From NCBI GenBank assembly GCA_964016885.1, contig OZ024741.1, positions 348,750,001 through 348,814,000 of the forward strand: a DNA stretch of 64,000 nt. Reading direction: 5' to 3'. Position numbers and translations under genes: made by a program. Shown one piece after another: positions 39,363-52,991 of the stretch. Position 1 is the stretch's first letter. Every line of letters begins with the position of its first letter. The DNA is from Eledone cirrhosa. Taxonomy: Eukaryota. The notes beneath the pieces were generated by a model. That model had not been told where the DNA came from and did no database searches. It saw only the letters and a program-made list of their open reading frames with translations.

Positions 39363-39760
39363 GCGGTGATGGGGAGTGCGTATGTAGGCGTCAGTGAGAG
39401 TGTTTGTGTATGTGAATATTTGTGTGTTTGTGTTTGTCTTTACGATTGACTATCGGTATGGTGTGTACTATATTTTCTTAACCATTCGATAAATAATACA
39501 TGATTAAAAAATAGCATGATGATATAATTACTGCGATCGATAGCGTAGACTTAAAAATATCAAGTAGGTGCTCCGAGACACTCGCAGTGCAATGGCTGAG
39601 ACTAGCAAAAGAACAAAATTATATAAGGAAATAATAAGTTACAAAATGCAGAGTAATCTTTAATAGAAAAAATAACTAAATATATCAATATCGAGAATAT
39701 CAAAGCAGAAGGCCACATAAGTGTCTTAGTTGGTTTGTGTTTATTATATTTTTTTTACTA

Positions 39761-39975
39761 GGGCGGCGGATTGGCAGTATCGGTAGAGTCGGACACCATG
39801 CTTTGCAGCATAGAGCTACAGTCCTTTCCGGTCTGAGTTCAAATCCCACCGAGGTTAACTTTGCCTTTCATTCTTACGGGGTCGATAACATAAAGCACCA
39901 GTAACGTACTGGGGACGATTTAATCGATTTCCCTCCTCCCCAAATTACTGGCCTTTTGTCTATACTAGAAATCAT
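39761..39975 (+). mobile_element. Full-length tRNA-SINE (long variant) with TSD
   Basis: GGGCGGCGGATTGGCAGTATCGG head and B-box; degenerate TSD (ATTATATT.TTTTACTA) on both sides. Confidence 0.9.
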
Positions 39976-40224
39976 TATATTATTTTACTAATATTTCGTG
40001 GTGGTGTACGAAAAGTGGATTGGCAATATCGAGTTTGCAACGTATTGTTACGGCTCTTTGCATTCTAAGTTCAAATTCCACCAGTATAATCGATTTCCCC
40101 CTCCCTACATACTGCTTGGCTAGTGCCTAAATTAAACATCATTACGGATGGGTGGCAGTGATGTCTATATGTTGTTGACAGCTGAGAGTAAAGAGTGCTC
40201 AATACCGAAATGTAGTTATAGTAT

Positions 40225-40608
40225 TCATGTTATTAAGGCTAAATAGAGTGTCTTGTTACACTGGAGTTACGCCGTTTATCACAGTCATCAGGCAAGAACA
40301 TTACAATAGCAATCACAGGATAAATAAAGGAACATTCGAGTTTTGAGACGGGGATTTAATTGAGAAGGGGTAACTAAGATAGGGTGGTGGTAGCAGTGGC
40401 TGGAGGATAGGGCTGTGTGAAGAAGAATAGGATAATGGATGTTAATGGACATAGCCATAAAACTTTAACTGGTCAGTGGGAGGCGGGTGTTGAATGTGAA
40501 GGTGTGTGGGATTTGCAGGATAAAGTAGTGGATGGAATATACATATGCATACAATTGCACGTGTATGCACAAATACGTACATATACAAATATATATCGAT
40601 GTATATAT

Positions 40609-40639
<31 letters not shown>

Positions 40640-41160
40640 CTGGAAGTGCGTGGATGAGTGGTTAGAGAATTGGATTCACAATCGTGAGGTTGTGAGTTCG
40701 ATTCCCGGTACGGGTGGGTAATGCGTTATGTCCTTGACCAAGACACTTTATTTCACGTTGCACCTTCTACCTGGAGTTGCGACAGTTGGGTAGTATTAGA
40801 AATTGGAAAGACCAATGGAAACATTGTTTGCTCGGTCCGATTTGACGAAAGTGGATCGGCTGTCGATACTAAATATACATCCACATGTCCTTATATATAT
40901 ATGTAAATAAATACAAATGTATATTCCATCCACCACTTCATCCTGCCAATCCCACTAACCTATTCACTAACCCCATATACACCCATCTCCCATACCCCTC
41001 CTCATCTCCCATAACCCTCCTCATTTAAAACCTCTGGCCCCTCCAGTCTTCCTTTATGTACACTGTCTGCTATTGAAACATGATTTCTTGTTGATGGACC
41101 TGTGATAAACAGGTGAAACTCTAGAGTAACAAAATTCACTATTTAGCCTTAATAATATAA
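40225..41160. repeat. Diverged inverted pair of pLTR-like sequences (about 40225-40545 and 40915-41160) with degenerate hammerheads
   Basis: TATTAAGGCTAAATAG / CTATTTAGCCTTAATA and GTGGATGGAATATACAT / ATGTATATTCCATCCAC are reverse complements. Confidence 0.75.
40642..40765 (+). mobile_element. Second family of tRNA-derived SINE
   Basis: TGGATGAGTGGTTAGAG (A-box) and GAGTTCGATTCCC (B-box), followed by TGTCCTTGACCAAGACACTTTATTTCAC. Confidence 0.75.
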
Positions 41161-41412
41161 AAGGAATATATATAAATATAATATCATGATGCCTCTGACA
41201 TTGTTTAGTATAATAACCCCCTTTAAAATTCTGAGGTATACGTGTTTATATGATCTTGTGTAAATATTACTGAGGTTTTAATTGACTAGGCCTAAAATGT
41301 TTTTCGTTTTTAAAGCATCTCTATTGAAGATATATGTCTTTCAGTCGACGGTATAATATTTTGTCCGCATAAGTTTTTGCTTTTCGCATGTGCAGCTCAG
41401 TTAGTTAATATA

Positions 41413-41603
41413 TAATTATTTCTACTTTTGGCACAAGGCTGGCAATTATCCCAGTGCATTATTGGTACTTTATATTATCGACCTCGTAAGGATGAAAGGC
41501 AAAGTTAACCTCGGCTGGATTTGAATTCAGATCATAGAGGGCCGTAACTCTTTGCTGCAAAGCATGGCGTCCGACCCTCTACCGATACTGCCAATCCACC
41601 GCC
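41413..41603 (-). mobile_element. Full-length tRNA-SINE
   Basis: Complete reverse-complement copy; degenerate TSD TAGTTAATATATAA / TAGTCATGATATAA. Confidence 0.9.
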
Positions 41604-44444
41604 TAGTCATGATATAACGTTAAAGGATTAGATTTATGTGATTAATTAATTGTGTTAAACGTTGTGTTTTTGTAGCTGATTGTTATTCGTAAAGTCATTT
41701 TGGGGTTTCTTTTGTTGTAATTTTTACTTTTATTATATTTCGATGCTGAATGAGTTTATGGGAGCAGGACTTTTATATATATTGTAACATCATGCTCTTG
41801 GTACTGTGTGATGTAAGATCCCATTGAATGTTCTCTGTTACCAATAATTTCTTTCTTGATAGGATTAGATAGTGTAGTGGTAATATATCTAAAGTTTTAT
41901 TTAGGGGAGGGAGTGATTTCTTCCTTTTAAAGTATATTTAAATTAAATGTAATATCATTTTTTCTGGAAAGTATAATATAATTAAGTATGAAATATTTGA
42001 TGAATGACGGCTTCTTGAGTATGTTTTTTTATATGTTAAATGCCGTATTTCTGGGGTTGGCTATTGTTGTGTTCGTTTCCTATATCGTTGTTTTAGGGAA
42101 GTTGTGAGAGAAAAAATATATATTTACCGATGTTTCACAGACGAAATGATCGTGTAAAAGACGGCCTGAACATCGTTCGATTAAATGCATGTAAAAACGG
42201 AGACCTGATTTTAGCTGTACATTTTCAAAGTTTATGTCAAGAAACAAAAAGTAAAACATTCTTTAATTAGATATGAGATTGTTTTTTAAACTGATAGAGG
42301 AGCCCTAATACTCAAATACATTCTAGACAGTTGTTTCCCGTATTGTTTCCCGTAGAGTGAGTTTATCATAGACTACATTATTCAAGATTACATTCCGTTT
42401 TGAACAATTAACGCTATGCTGTGGCCTCAGAAAAATTACTCTGCTATTCCTACAGAAGCAGGAAGCGTATTGTTCCGTTGTTACCAGCTCATTAATATCC
42501 ACTCTAAGCTATGCAGTAAATATTAATTATAATCCTTCGTTTTTCTTTTCTACCTCTAACCTATAATATATTCATAAATATATATAAATAGACATATAGG
42601 CCATATTCAGAATTGTGCACACAATTCAGTGAGGTTGGTGTTTTAAGATAAAAAACATTAGAGCGGTGGTATCCTAAACGACATATAAGATTTGTTCCAA
42701 GAGAAAAGATCAGGAAAAAGCAGAGATAGCAACAACATTGTGAAGTTGTTATTTAGGATTACAATGTGAATTATATGAACACTACTCCGAGAACACAGAT
42801 TTGAATTCAAATGAATAATTTCAATGTTGTGTTAGCATAAAGTTAATTGAATGTTGATATATATATCTATATATATTTATAAATATATTCGACTGTACGG
42901 GTGGTCTTATCATCGTCAGTGATCGTTAGTATGTGCCTTTCCAAACCAGACTCCAACTAGTTTTTTCTGCAACATTTGGTGCACTGACTACCTCTTCGTA
43001 AACTTGAGTCTACTTAGTCACTCTTGCATCTAACCCTAACCCTTATATTACGGTCTGCATTGCCATCTCCTTCACGAATTATCGGGTGAAAACAAATACG
43101 TGTCTTTAGTAACGTAAGTCGACTGTTATTTAGCTAGGTGCAAGAATTAGGTTAATCACGTTAAAGGGTGACGCTGTATAATTCTTAATTAATTGATATC
43201 CAAAGCCGTTTAGAATGAGAAAGAGCCGGAAAGCTAGCGGCTATTGTAAGTGAGAACGAAAAGTGGAGGTAATTTAAGGAAATTAAAAACGAATCTTTCA
43301 TAGTTATATAATTTTCTATGGGGAATGGTTTATCACTGTTTGCATAGAAGGAGCGGGACTATGGACATGTTCCTGCCTAATGGACTTCATCATCATGGAC
43401 AAAAGGACGCAAATAATTTTTGGTCGGTATAATTTTTATAATGTACCTTGACATTGATGAAAATATTGCCATTCTTATTGCTAATTCTACTGTTGTTATC
43501 TCTGTCTGAATAGATGGGAAAATTATTAGTTATAATGACCATTGTGTCAATGATAAGGCCTATTTCGTGTGTTTGTCTGTGCTTGGTGCGTTTTTATTTT
43601 ATTTCCTCTTTATGTTAGTTTTCAAACCGTAAATTATTGGAAATGTGGGCATATTTTTCCTTGTGGGAACATTACTATCAGGTTAGGGAATATTTTCCAG
43701 CAACCGCAACAATAAACAAGGAATTACAAATGCCACTCGGCCAAAAATACAATTTATAATAAACGGTTATTATTTTTATTTTTTTCTAAAGACCTAAACA
43801 CAGCAATAAAAAACAGAAACGCTCGCCTTCTCTCTTTAAACACAAGACATCTTTTTTAATTGGTTTTAATCGATTAAACCCTCCCATGAAAATACAAGGT
43901 GTTGTGAATATTTTAGTAATATATTGGCTAAGGTTGACAGTAATCTTCATTCTTCTGGTGTCGATAAAAGGGGTAGTGTCAAAGTATGGAAGCGGATTAA
44001 ATTTACTACATGAAATGTGTATTTGTATTGATGGGAGAAATTATTACGACGGTGTATATTTTTCATGTTTTTCTTTTCTACTACAATAATGTCCTCACCG
44101 TAGTATGTATGAAGTGATTAGTAGTGCGATTTACTGGATATTGAATGTGTATATAATACCTAGAGATTTGGTTATGCATCTTTCTGGATTTGCTTTATCA
44201 TTTTCAAGTATTTTTTCAGTTGTTAAGCCCTACGTTATGACTGGGGTTTTTTTCTGGCCTTTATATACGATACGTTTTTTTTTATTCATTTATTTGCGAT
44301 AGGGAAATATTGTTCAACGTTCTAATTAATTCATCTTTTATGCAGTGTTATTTTTCCTGATTGAGAACGAGTATTGAAACTATCACACCACGAAAGTATT
44401 AGTTTAGGCATTCAAAAATAGTAAGATAATGAAATAAAAATTAG

Positions 44445-44591
44445 TTGGCTACCCGCCGGTGTGAGCCTCGCGAGCTGGAATGGCTCTTTCAGAACATCTC
44501 CCTCACCATCCTCCGGGGAAATGCCTTCTCTATTCTGTCCGCCGGGACCGCATGGCGGCAAGAGCGTGGGCCCCCATTTGAGAGATGGTGA
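44445..44591 (+). mobile_element. Short C-terminal fragment of a CRE-like RLE retrotransposon
   Basis: GC-rich island translating LATRRCEPRELEWLFQNISLTILRGNAFSILSAG (cf. FQRISxAIQRGNAxSIL). Confidence 0.6.
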
Positions 44592-45945
44592 GAGTGAGAA
44601 GGACGGAAGTAGTGACAGTGGGAGTTTGATTCTATATGTATATATATATTTTTCATTTAATTAATATTTGTCTGCCGGTTTATAAATACTTATTTCTCAT
44701 ATGTAAACTAAATGACTAATTGTTTTAAAAAATATTCAAGGAGGACAAACTAGAAAAATTATCGATTTTCCAACCCCGCCCCTTTATTGTTTATATATAG
44801 TAACAGAATTTTCGTCAAAATCTTTGCGACCTCGTGGCACTTGTCAAAATTCACTTTTGACTAATATTGTGCAGTGTGATGGAATGTACTCAATTGTCTA
44901 TTTCTAGCCTCTAAATATACTGTACACGTAATCTATTTTGCTTTATAACATGATTTGTGTATTTCCAGCTATAAAGCCCTTAATACTGTTTTATATCAAG
45001 AACACTTCAGTCTCAGTTCTGAGTTTTGTGTTTTTCACTCAATTTTGCCTAATCTACTTGAACCCTCTTCCGTTTTTTTTTCACTTATCTCTATTACCTT
45101 AACATGACAATGTAAATCCACATTTTATCTTCGCTATTATGTGTTTTTACAATCCCTTTCTGCTTGCAATTGCCAGTAACTCCAGTTTTTGCTTCCCTTT
45201 TCCTGTGTTTGTGTAATTAATATTTCATTTTCTTTTGTTTAAGAGATAAATCAGGTTTTGATTAGTTCGTTCTTCTGTAGCTATTTGTATTACTTTTTAT
45301 TCTTCTTACTAGCTATTTGTATATTCTTACAGTGGATAACTGGTAATAGTTTAATAGATGTAAGCGGCACGTACATGCTTGCATTAGTATCAAACCTATT
45401 TCTATTATATAAGTAGTCGATATTTTCCATGTTGTATTATGTCCATTTGTGTTAATTTACTTAACATATAGTATTCAAGTGGGCTATATTTATCAAGCTC
45501 TTGTGAATGAAAGACAAACTTTACGTTTTGAACTCGGGTCGCAAAGAGATAGAGCAAATATTGACAAGAATCCTAACCGACTTTCCTTATTCACTGCCTT
45601 TATCTAACGTTGGAGTCATATAGGCGCCGTAGTGTCAGATAAGGTTTCTTGGCCATCTTTTTTTAACCCTGGAGGAGGATTAATTTAATTAATGTAATTG
45701 TATTAAAGGTTACTTTGATGCATTATTTTCTAACTTGAATGTCATCTTAGTTCATCTACCATATAATTGTATTGTATATGTTAGTGTTCCTAATTATTTA
45801 GCATTTAAAACATACAAATTAACGCATTCATACACTAAATATAGTTGATAGTACATCTGTAGCATTTGTCTTGGAATGGCGCCTGGTTTAACATAACCGT
45901 TAAATACGTTATCATCTGGCAGATAAGCAGGCATTATTTATGAAA

Positions 45946-46065
45946 TCAGAGTTCAAATCCCGCCAAGGTTAACTTTGCCTTTCATCCTTACGGGGTCGAT
46001 AAAATAAAGTACCAGTAATGTACTGGGTAATTGCTGGCTTTGTGCCAAAAGTAGAAACAATTATT
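45946..46065 (+). mobile_element. 5'-truncated tRNA-SINE
   Basis: Runs from the B-box to the tail. Confidence 0.85.
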
Positions 46066-48233
46066 TATGAAATTTGCGATCAATAATATTTCTTTACAGT
46101 CAATACACGTTGCAATGTAACTTCTATTCTTTGTGGAAAGAGTTTATCTATATTTTTATTTTATATTATTTATTTATTTATTTATTTATTTATTCTTTTA
46201 TTTAATTTTTATTTATTGTTGATTTGGGGACGGGATCAAGTGTTTATTTCCATGCTAATGTTCTAGATAAATTTTTGCAAAGTTTAGAACTACATGATAA
46301 TGATTTGTTGTTCATTTTTTAAATACTTTCGGTATCATCAGACTTCAACATTAAGAGGGTTTTGTATTCAGTGGGCCAACTGAAATCGCGTTTACGTGTT
46401 TTTCAGTATGTTCCTGAATATTTTGGCTAGTGCTTTATTTTTAAACGTTAAACATATTATTCAGAATGTTATTATGTTATCATTTCTCTGTACCTTCTAG
46501 GTATTCGCCTTCCACGACGGCTAAACCACTTCTCGTGTTATTTGATCAATCACATCCTCATCCTGACGATCATTTTCATATCCCAGAATTATACGTTTCT
46601 TGCTGTTGGCCCTTCATTGATTACTAAAGTAGTTTTACCAGATTCATGATATAATTGTTTTGAGTTGGTGGCATACAGTTTGTTTTGTTGAAAGAGCCGC
46701 ATTCTTTACAATTCAGCAATGGTGTCTTGTTTCGCATGTTTCATTGTTAATTATTATTTTGTGTACCCATTCGTGATTATATTATATTACTGTAGTGTTG
46801 TCTTATCTCCATAGGGTTTCAATTGAGTCTTCTCCTTTTTGATTTCATGAAGGACTTAAAATTTTGGGGTGTTTTCTATCGTTGTGTTTTCCTTTCTTTG
46901 TTTGCTTGTTTATATATATTTTTTTGTTCATATTTCCATTGAGTTCCGAAAGAGTATCTATTATCCTTTGTAACTACACTTTATGCTATATATACTGTCG
47001 TGAATATGATAGTGGCCTTGGTGATGTCTCTATTTCCATTGTCATGATGGCCATGTTAACGTTTTCCTTTTTATTATTCTTGTTATTTCATTGTGAAGAT
47101 TTATGTTTACGAGATGACTTCGTTGATCAATGTAAAGAACTATTGATTTTAATTATCTAGCAATGTCATACATTAGATTATTATCTTCTTAACTTTCAAC
47201 TTTAGAATGTTTTATCCTTAAATCTTTATCATTTTCTATTTGATTTGTATTTTCTTTCTCATATTCAGGTTCGCTATTCCGTATGTTCTATTATATGTGG
47301 TCCAATGTTTGATATGGCTGTATTTTATTATTTACTTTTTATTGCCAAAGTTTATGTTCTCAACGCATCTATTCTCGTTCATTATTTTGTTTCTTTTATG
47401 TTGATATATTGATTTGATATCATTGTTATGACCTCGAAGAACTGAGAATATGATGTGATTGGCCTCTAGCTTATAGAGACATTCGCATCTGTTGTTATAT
47501 ATTTTTTTGTGTGTGTTTTTTTGTCTTTGTTTTTATTCACCCAGCTGCTTTCCAATTGCCTTTCTTTCCATAGTTTTATTACATTTTGCATATGTGATAT
47601 CATACCACGCATTTTATGTCATTCTAGAGGTTATTTTATTTATCTTATAGGACATATTTCTGAATATTTTACTATAATTTCCTATTCAATTATTTTTTTT
47701 ATTTTTCACTTTTTATTTTGATTGAATTGCTTGATTTGGTTTCAAAAGCTTTGTATTCTCAACGCTTTACTTTTTACCAACTGAAATAATATTTCCCTTC
47801 TAATTTTACCTTTTCGTTTGTCATAAATGTTACGTATTCTACGTAAAGTTAACTCGCTATATTTTTGTTTCATTTATACTATGAAACAAATTCTTTGAGA
47901 TGTGTACCCCCATGAGTCTTTTATTTCCCAACGGTGTCTAGCTTAATTCTCTTCTTTGTTTTAATGCCCGCAGTTCTAGGTACTATACGCACTGCGGCGA
48001 ATATATTTTGATTTTAATTGTTATAGCAATTTCGTTTATTTACTCTATAATTCTCCTAATGAAAGTCTGTATTGTGTCATCGGATTTTTGCGTTTTCTAC
48101 TGTATAGTTTTTGTTCTGGGTTGTTGACAATCTTTAATTCATATCAATGTTATCACTTCAGAGTTTTGCTTATTTTAATCTATCATATTTTCTAAGCCAT
48201 AACATTCAATTATTGTCGCCGTCTTTCCTTTTA

Positions 48234-49040
48234 TTGTATCGATAGAGGGTCGGACGTCATGCTTTGCAGCATAGAGTTACGGCCCTTTACGTTCTGAGTT
48301 CAAATCCGCCGTGGTTAACTTTGTCGTTCATCCTTACGGGGTCATTAAAATAAAGCACCAGTCACGCACTGGGGGTCGATTTAAACGACTTTCCCCTCCC
48401 CAAAATTGATGGCCTTGTGCCTATATAAGAAACCATTATTACTTAAAGTACCAGTAATGTACTGGGTAATTGCTGGCCTTGTGCCTAAAAATAGAAACAA
48501 TTATTACTTAAGAATAAGGGAGGTGGATTAGCAGAATTGGTAGACCGGCGGATAACTTGCTTTGCAGAATAGAGTTACAGCCCTTTATGTTCTGAGTTAA
48601 AATCCCGCCGTGGTTAACTTTGTCGTTCACCCTTACGGGGTCGATAAAATAAAGTACCAGTCATGCAGTGGGGTCGGCTTAATCGACTTCCCCCTCCCCC
48701 AAGATTGCTAGCCTTGTGTCTATATAAGAAGCCATTATTATTATTATTATATATAATTGGATTGGCAGTATCGGTAGAGGGTCAGACGCCATGCTTTCCA
48801 TCATAGTTTCGTCCCTTTACGATCTGAAATCAAATCCCGGTGGGTTGACAGAATAGTTGGAGCAGGGACAATTATTGTACTATTTATTCTAGCACTTTAC
48901 ATTCTCTAGTTCAAATCCTACTAAGATCAACTTTGTCTTTCAGCTTTCGTGGATCGATACACTAAAGTATACTGGGGTCGATATAACCGACTTTCATCTT
49001 CCCCAAATTGCTTGCCTTGCCCCATTGTTAGAAAGAATTA
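48234..49040 (+). mobile_element. Stack of about 5 co-oriented tRNA-SINE copies or fragments
   Basis: B-boxes at about 48296, 48594, 48825 and 48908; tails at about 48420, 48485, 48720 and 49020. Confidence 0.85.
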
Positions 49041-51385
49041 ATACTTGACAGTGTTAAGTTTGGAAATGTCTCTCCTCTGTTTACTGTTACGTCATTTCAG
49101 TTTGATTGCGTAGAGTGTTGTGTTGCCTTCATATTATGTTGTGTTCATGTCCGGAGTTGTGTTGCTGTGTACAGCGATTTTTCTTGTATTATTTTGCCTT
49201 GTTTCATTTTGCTTGATTATTTTTTTCTATATTTCCAGCTTCAATTAAAGTAATTCACTTAATATTTAATGTCATGTCTTATCTTTGATAATAATATGTT
49301 ATTCCCGTATAGTATATGTTTATATGTTTTCATACACACCCCTCTTATTCTCAAACACTGTCTTAGTGTTACTGCCAATTAAACATAGCAAGCCAAATTT
49401 GCATTACATGTAAATGTACATTATCAGCAAATGTTTTCATTTGTTTCATGTTTTTATTTTTTTTACTGCATAACATACTTATTTGTGAATTAAAGATCCA
49501 TAAAATAATAAATTGAAATGAGATCGCAATGATCAACATCTAAACTATAATAAAGTAAGGAGCTCGGGACTGCGTACGGTTTATACTTTTTTTTATCCCA
49601 TTAGTAAAATAAGTTGGATTACTTTGAATAAATAATGAATGAATATTATATAATTTATCTACTAAATTTCGTGGCTGTTGATTAAATATATTTTGTTTAT
49701 TTAAAGATTCACTTCTTTAAAATTTCTGAAATGTCAACACTTCCGATTGGCTATCGCTTAAATAAACATACTAATTTTCTCCTAATGCAGTTCATATATA
49801 ATATCGTCCTTTTTAATGTATCATGGATTACGTTACTGGTTACATAAGACAGTGTAACGCAGTCTTCGTTCAATTTCTGTGTATATTGTCAATTACGATT
49901 TTATTTGATGTATCATATCTACATGTATATATACCTGCGTATAATATCAATATACACACTACACATGCTAGCAGAAAACCACCCGAAAGGTGTTTTTTTC
50001 TGCTAGTATCTTTAAAGATCCTGTTCCAGTAGGAGCGATGAGGCATACATAAAATAAACACACACACACATATAAATATATAAATATATACATATATATG
50101 TGTGTGAATATATACCGGTGTAAGAGATGTGTGATCTATGAGTGAGATGGTGATTATATATAGAGAGATTTGAAAGAATGTCCCGCATTGCTAAGTACTC
50201 ATTAAATTAATTCAAAAATGATGAGGGAAGACAACGTAAACATGGACGAAACACAAGTTACACCCTTCTCAACATCATATTCATTTGAAGAAATATGGAA
50301 ACTAATCCAGAAATACACAACATTTGATCATACCACTACTCTAATAAACAATATTTCCATAACCCTTATCAACTTCTTGTTCTTGCTATCATGTTGTGGT
50401 TGTTATGCCACAGATCAATGCATTATCTATCACTGACCGGCCATTTTTTCTATATTATGAAATAGCTTTCCGAAAGTGTCCTTCCATCTATTATGTAAGA
50501 TATCGGATGATATTAGTGATACATTAGCCATATATTTTTAGCAAAGCAGCAAAATATATAGTGGTACCATTTAGACTGCTGAAATATTTTTTCTTTTAAA
50601 GAGGGAGGACTCTTACCAGGGTTTATTGACATTCATAAACCTACACGATATGACAAACTGTAAAACATAGCCATGTGTAATATATAAACAAGCAAATATT
50701 AAACATAGCTGTTGCGGTGACGGATAAAACTAGGTGGAGATGTAAATAGGTAATTTATCAATGTTGGAGGATCAGAATGAAATAGGGTTTTGTTATTGCT
50801 TAACGTAGATATAAAAAAAATCCATGAAAATATACATTTATAGGCAGGTATGTGAATTGTGTATTAAATATACACATTCGTACTTACGCATACGTACGCA
50901 TACAAACACATATCTATATATACACATGAGAACACACATATACATACTCACATACGCATATATAAAATGGGTTGCTGTTTTGAGAGGCGTCTCATTTTAT
51001 ATGGGCATAAGCCTGTACGGCGCGTGTGCCAATATCTAAGAATGCATATTTAAATAGCAAGTGACATGAAACACAAAGATGATCAAAAATTATTTCTTCC
51101 CTAGGTATTATAACAGCGGTCGTCCTCGTCAATATTTCTTACAAACTAATACCCACAAGTCAACAGGTCTTCGATTTTGGAATTTTCCATTCTCCGGGTG
51201 GTTTTACAATTCAATCAGACACAGACCTTGTTATTGCAACGCCCCCACTAAAAGCAAAAGTGAAAGTGAGACAAATTAAATTTGATAAGGAGAATTGGTT
51301 TAGAGACTAGTTAGATATGCAGGGGGTTGAGCAAGTGTGAGAACATAAATAACATAAGCGAGTGTGAGAACATAAACCAGACATA

Positions 51386-51777
51386 AATAATTGTTTCTAC
51401 TTTTGGCACAAGGCCAGCAATTATCCCAATGTATTACTGGTACTTTATTTTATCGACCCCGTAAGGATTAAATGCAAAGTTAACCTCGGCGGGATTTGAA
51501 CTCAGACTCTAAAGGCATATAACTCTAAGCTGGAAAGCATGGCGTCCTACCCTCTACCGATACTGCCAATCCACTGCCCTAAATAATTGTTTCTACTTTT
51601 GGCACCAGGCCAGCATTTATTCCAGTGCATTACTGGTACTTTATTTTATCGACCCCCGTAAGGATGAATGGCAAAGTTAACCTCGGCGGGATTTGAACTC
51701 AGATCATAAAGGGAGTTAACTCTATGCTTCAAAGCATGGCGCTCGACCCTCTACCGATACTGCCAATCCACCGCCCT
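51386..51777 (-). mobile_element. Two tandem full-length tRNA-SINEs
   Basis: Two complete reverse-complement copies, with TAAATAAT before, between and after them. Confidence 0.92.
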
Positions 51778-52662
51778 AAATAATGTTTAGTCAATGTGAA
51801 AGACGATGTCAGACAATGAGTCAGTCAATTCTTGGGTGGTGAGAAATACTCAGTGGTACAGCGTCACTAGGATACGTGTCCGTATATAGATAAGCTCAAT
51901 AGAGAATAGGAATAATCACAGAGACATATAACCACATTTACACACTGCGTGTGTCCTATAGGGGAGAGTATATTTCCAAGGAACATAAACATTTGTATGT
52001 GTGTGAGTCTGTATGTATTTGTGTGGTGTGTTTGCAAATGCTAGGTTATATGTCCAACATGATACTAAACCAAAGTCGAACGTCTAACTCCCACATATAT
52101 ACATACAATTCTGACAGAAACAGAATGATATATTACAACTGATATCAATAACACAGCAACGCACATACACACTCAGCTCTTCTTCCAAATAAACAAAGTT
52201 TATCAAGACATGCTTAAAACCATAATTTATTATGAAAAGCCTACCAAAAAACAATTTGAAAATCAGTGAAGTTTAACTAACAGTAGTAATATAACATCGT
52301 CCATACACACACAATAAAAACAAATTACTTCCTTCCAATACGAAACATATTTCATCAAAACAACTATAAAACACATACTGAACACAATACCCACCTCCAA
52401 TATTGTGACAATTATCTACCAGATAAAAGCAATGAATATTCATCCAAAAGTGACATAGAACTGTGTTTAAAACCGTTTAAATTATTTACACCTCACAATG
52501 CTGTTAGGCCATTTGATGAAACTTGCAGTACTAAAAACCCGGTTTTTATTTATATAAAATAAACTGTATTATACCCCTACTAGAAATAAATAGGTCTGTC
52601 ACCAGATAAAATTTTATTGTAAACCATACATCAGAATATGTCTTACAACAAAACATGATGAA

Positions 52663-52743
<81 letters not shown>

Positions 52744-52747
52744 TCTA

Positions 52748-52780
<33 letters not shown>

Positions 52781-52949
52781 CTCTCTCTATATATATATAT
52801 ATATTGGTGTGTGTGTGTGCGTGCATGGGTGAGTGCACGCGCGTGTGAGTATCTGTATTCCTAGTATATAAATCATCAGAATAATATATATCATCATTGC
52901 ACTGTGTTGCCTTCCGTGTTGGTTTTTTACATATTATATATTACGTATG

Positions 52950-52985
<36 letters not shown>

Positions 52986-52991
52986 ATGTAA

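Noticed and set aside
40642-40725. tRNA-like sequence
   Set aside because: It has A and B boxes but no convincing acceptor stem and runs into a SINE body, so it is called a SINE head.
43031-43043. TAACCCTAACCCT telomere-like repeat
   Set aside because: Only two units, too short to call an interstitial telomere.
46300-48230. Long T-rich stretch resembling an antisense decayed LINE
   Set aside because: Strand skew is suggestive, but no diagnostic protein motif could be read.
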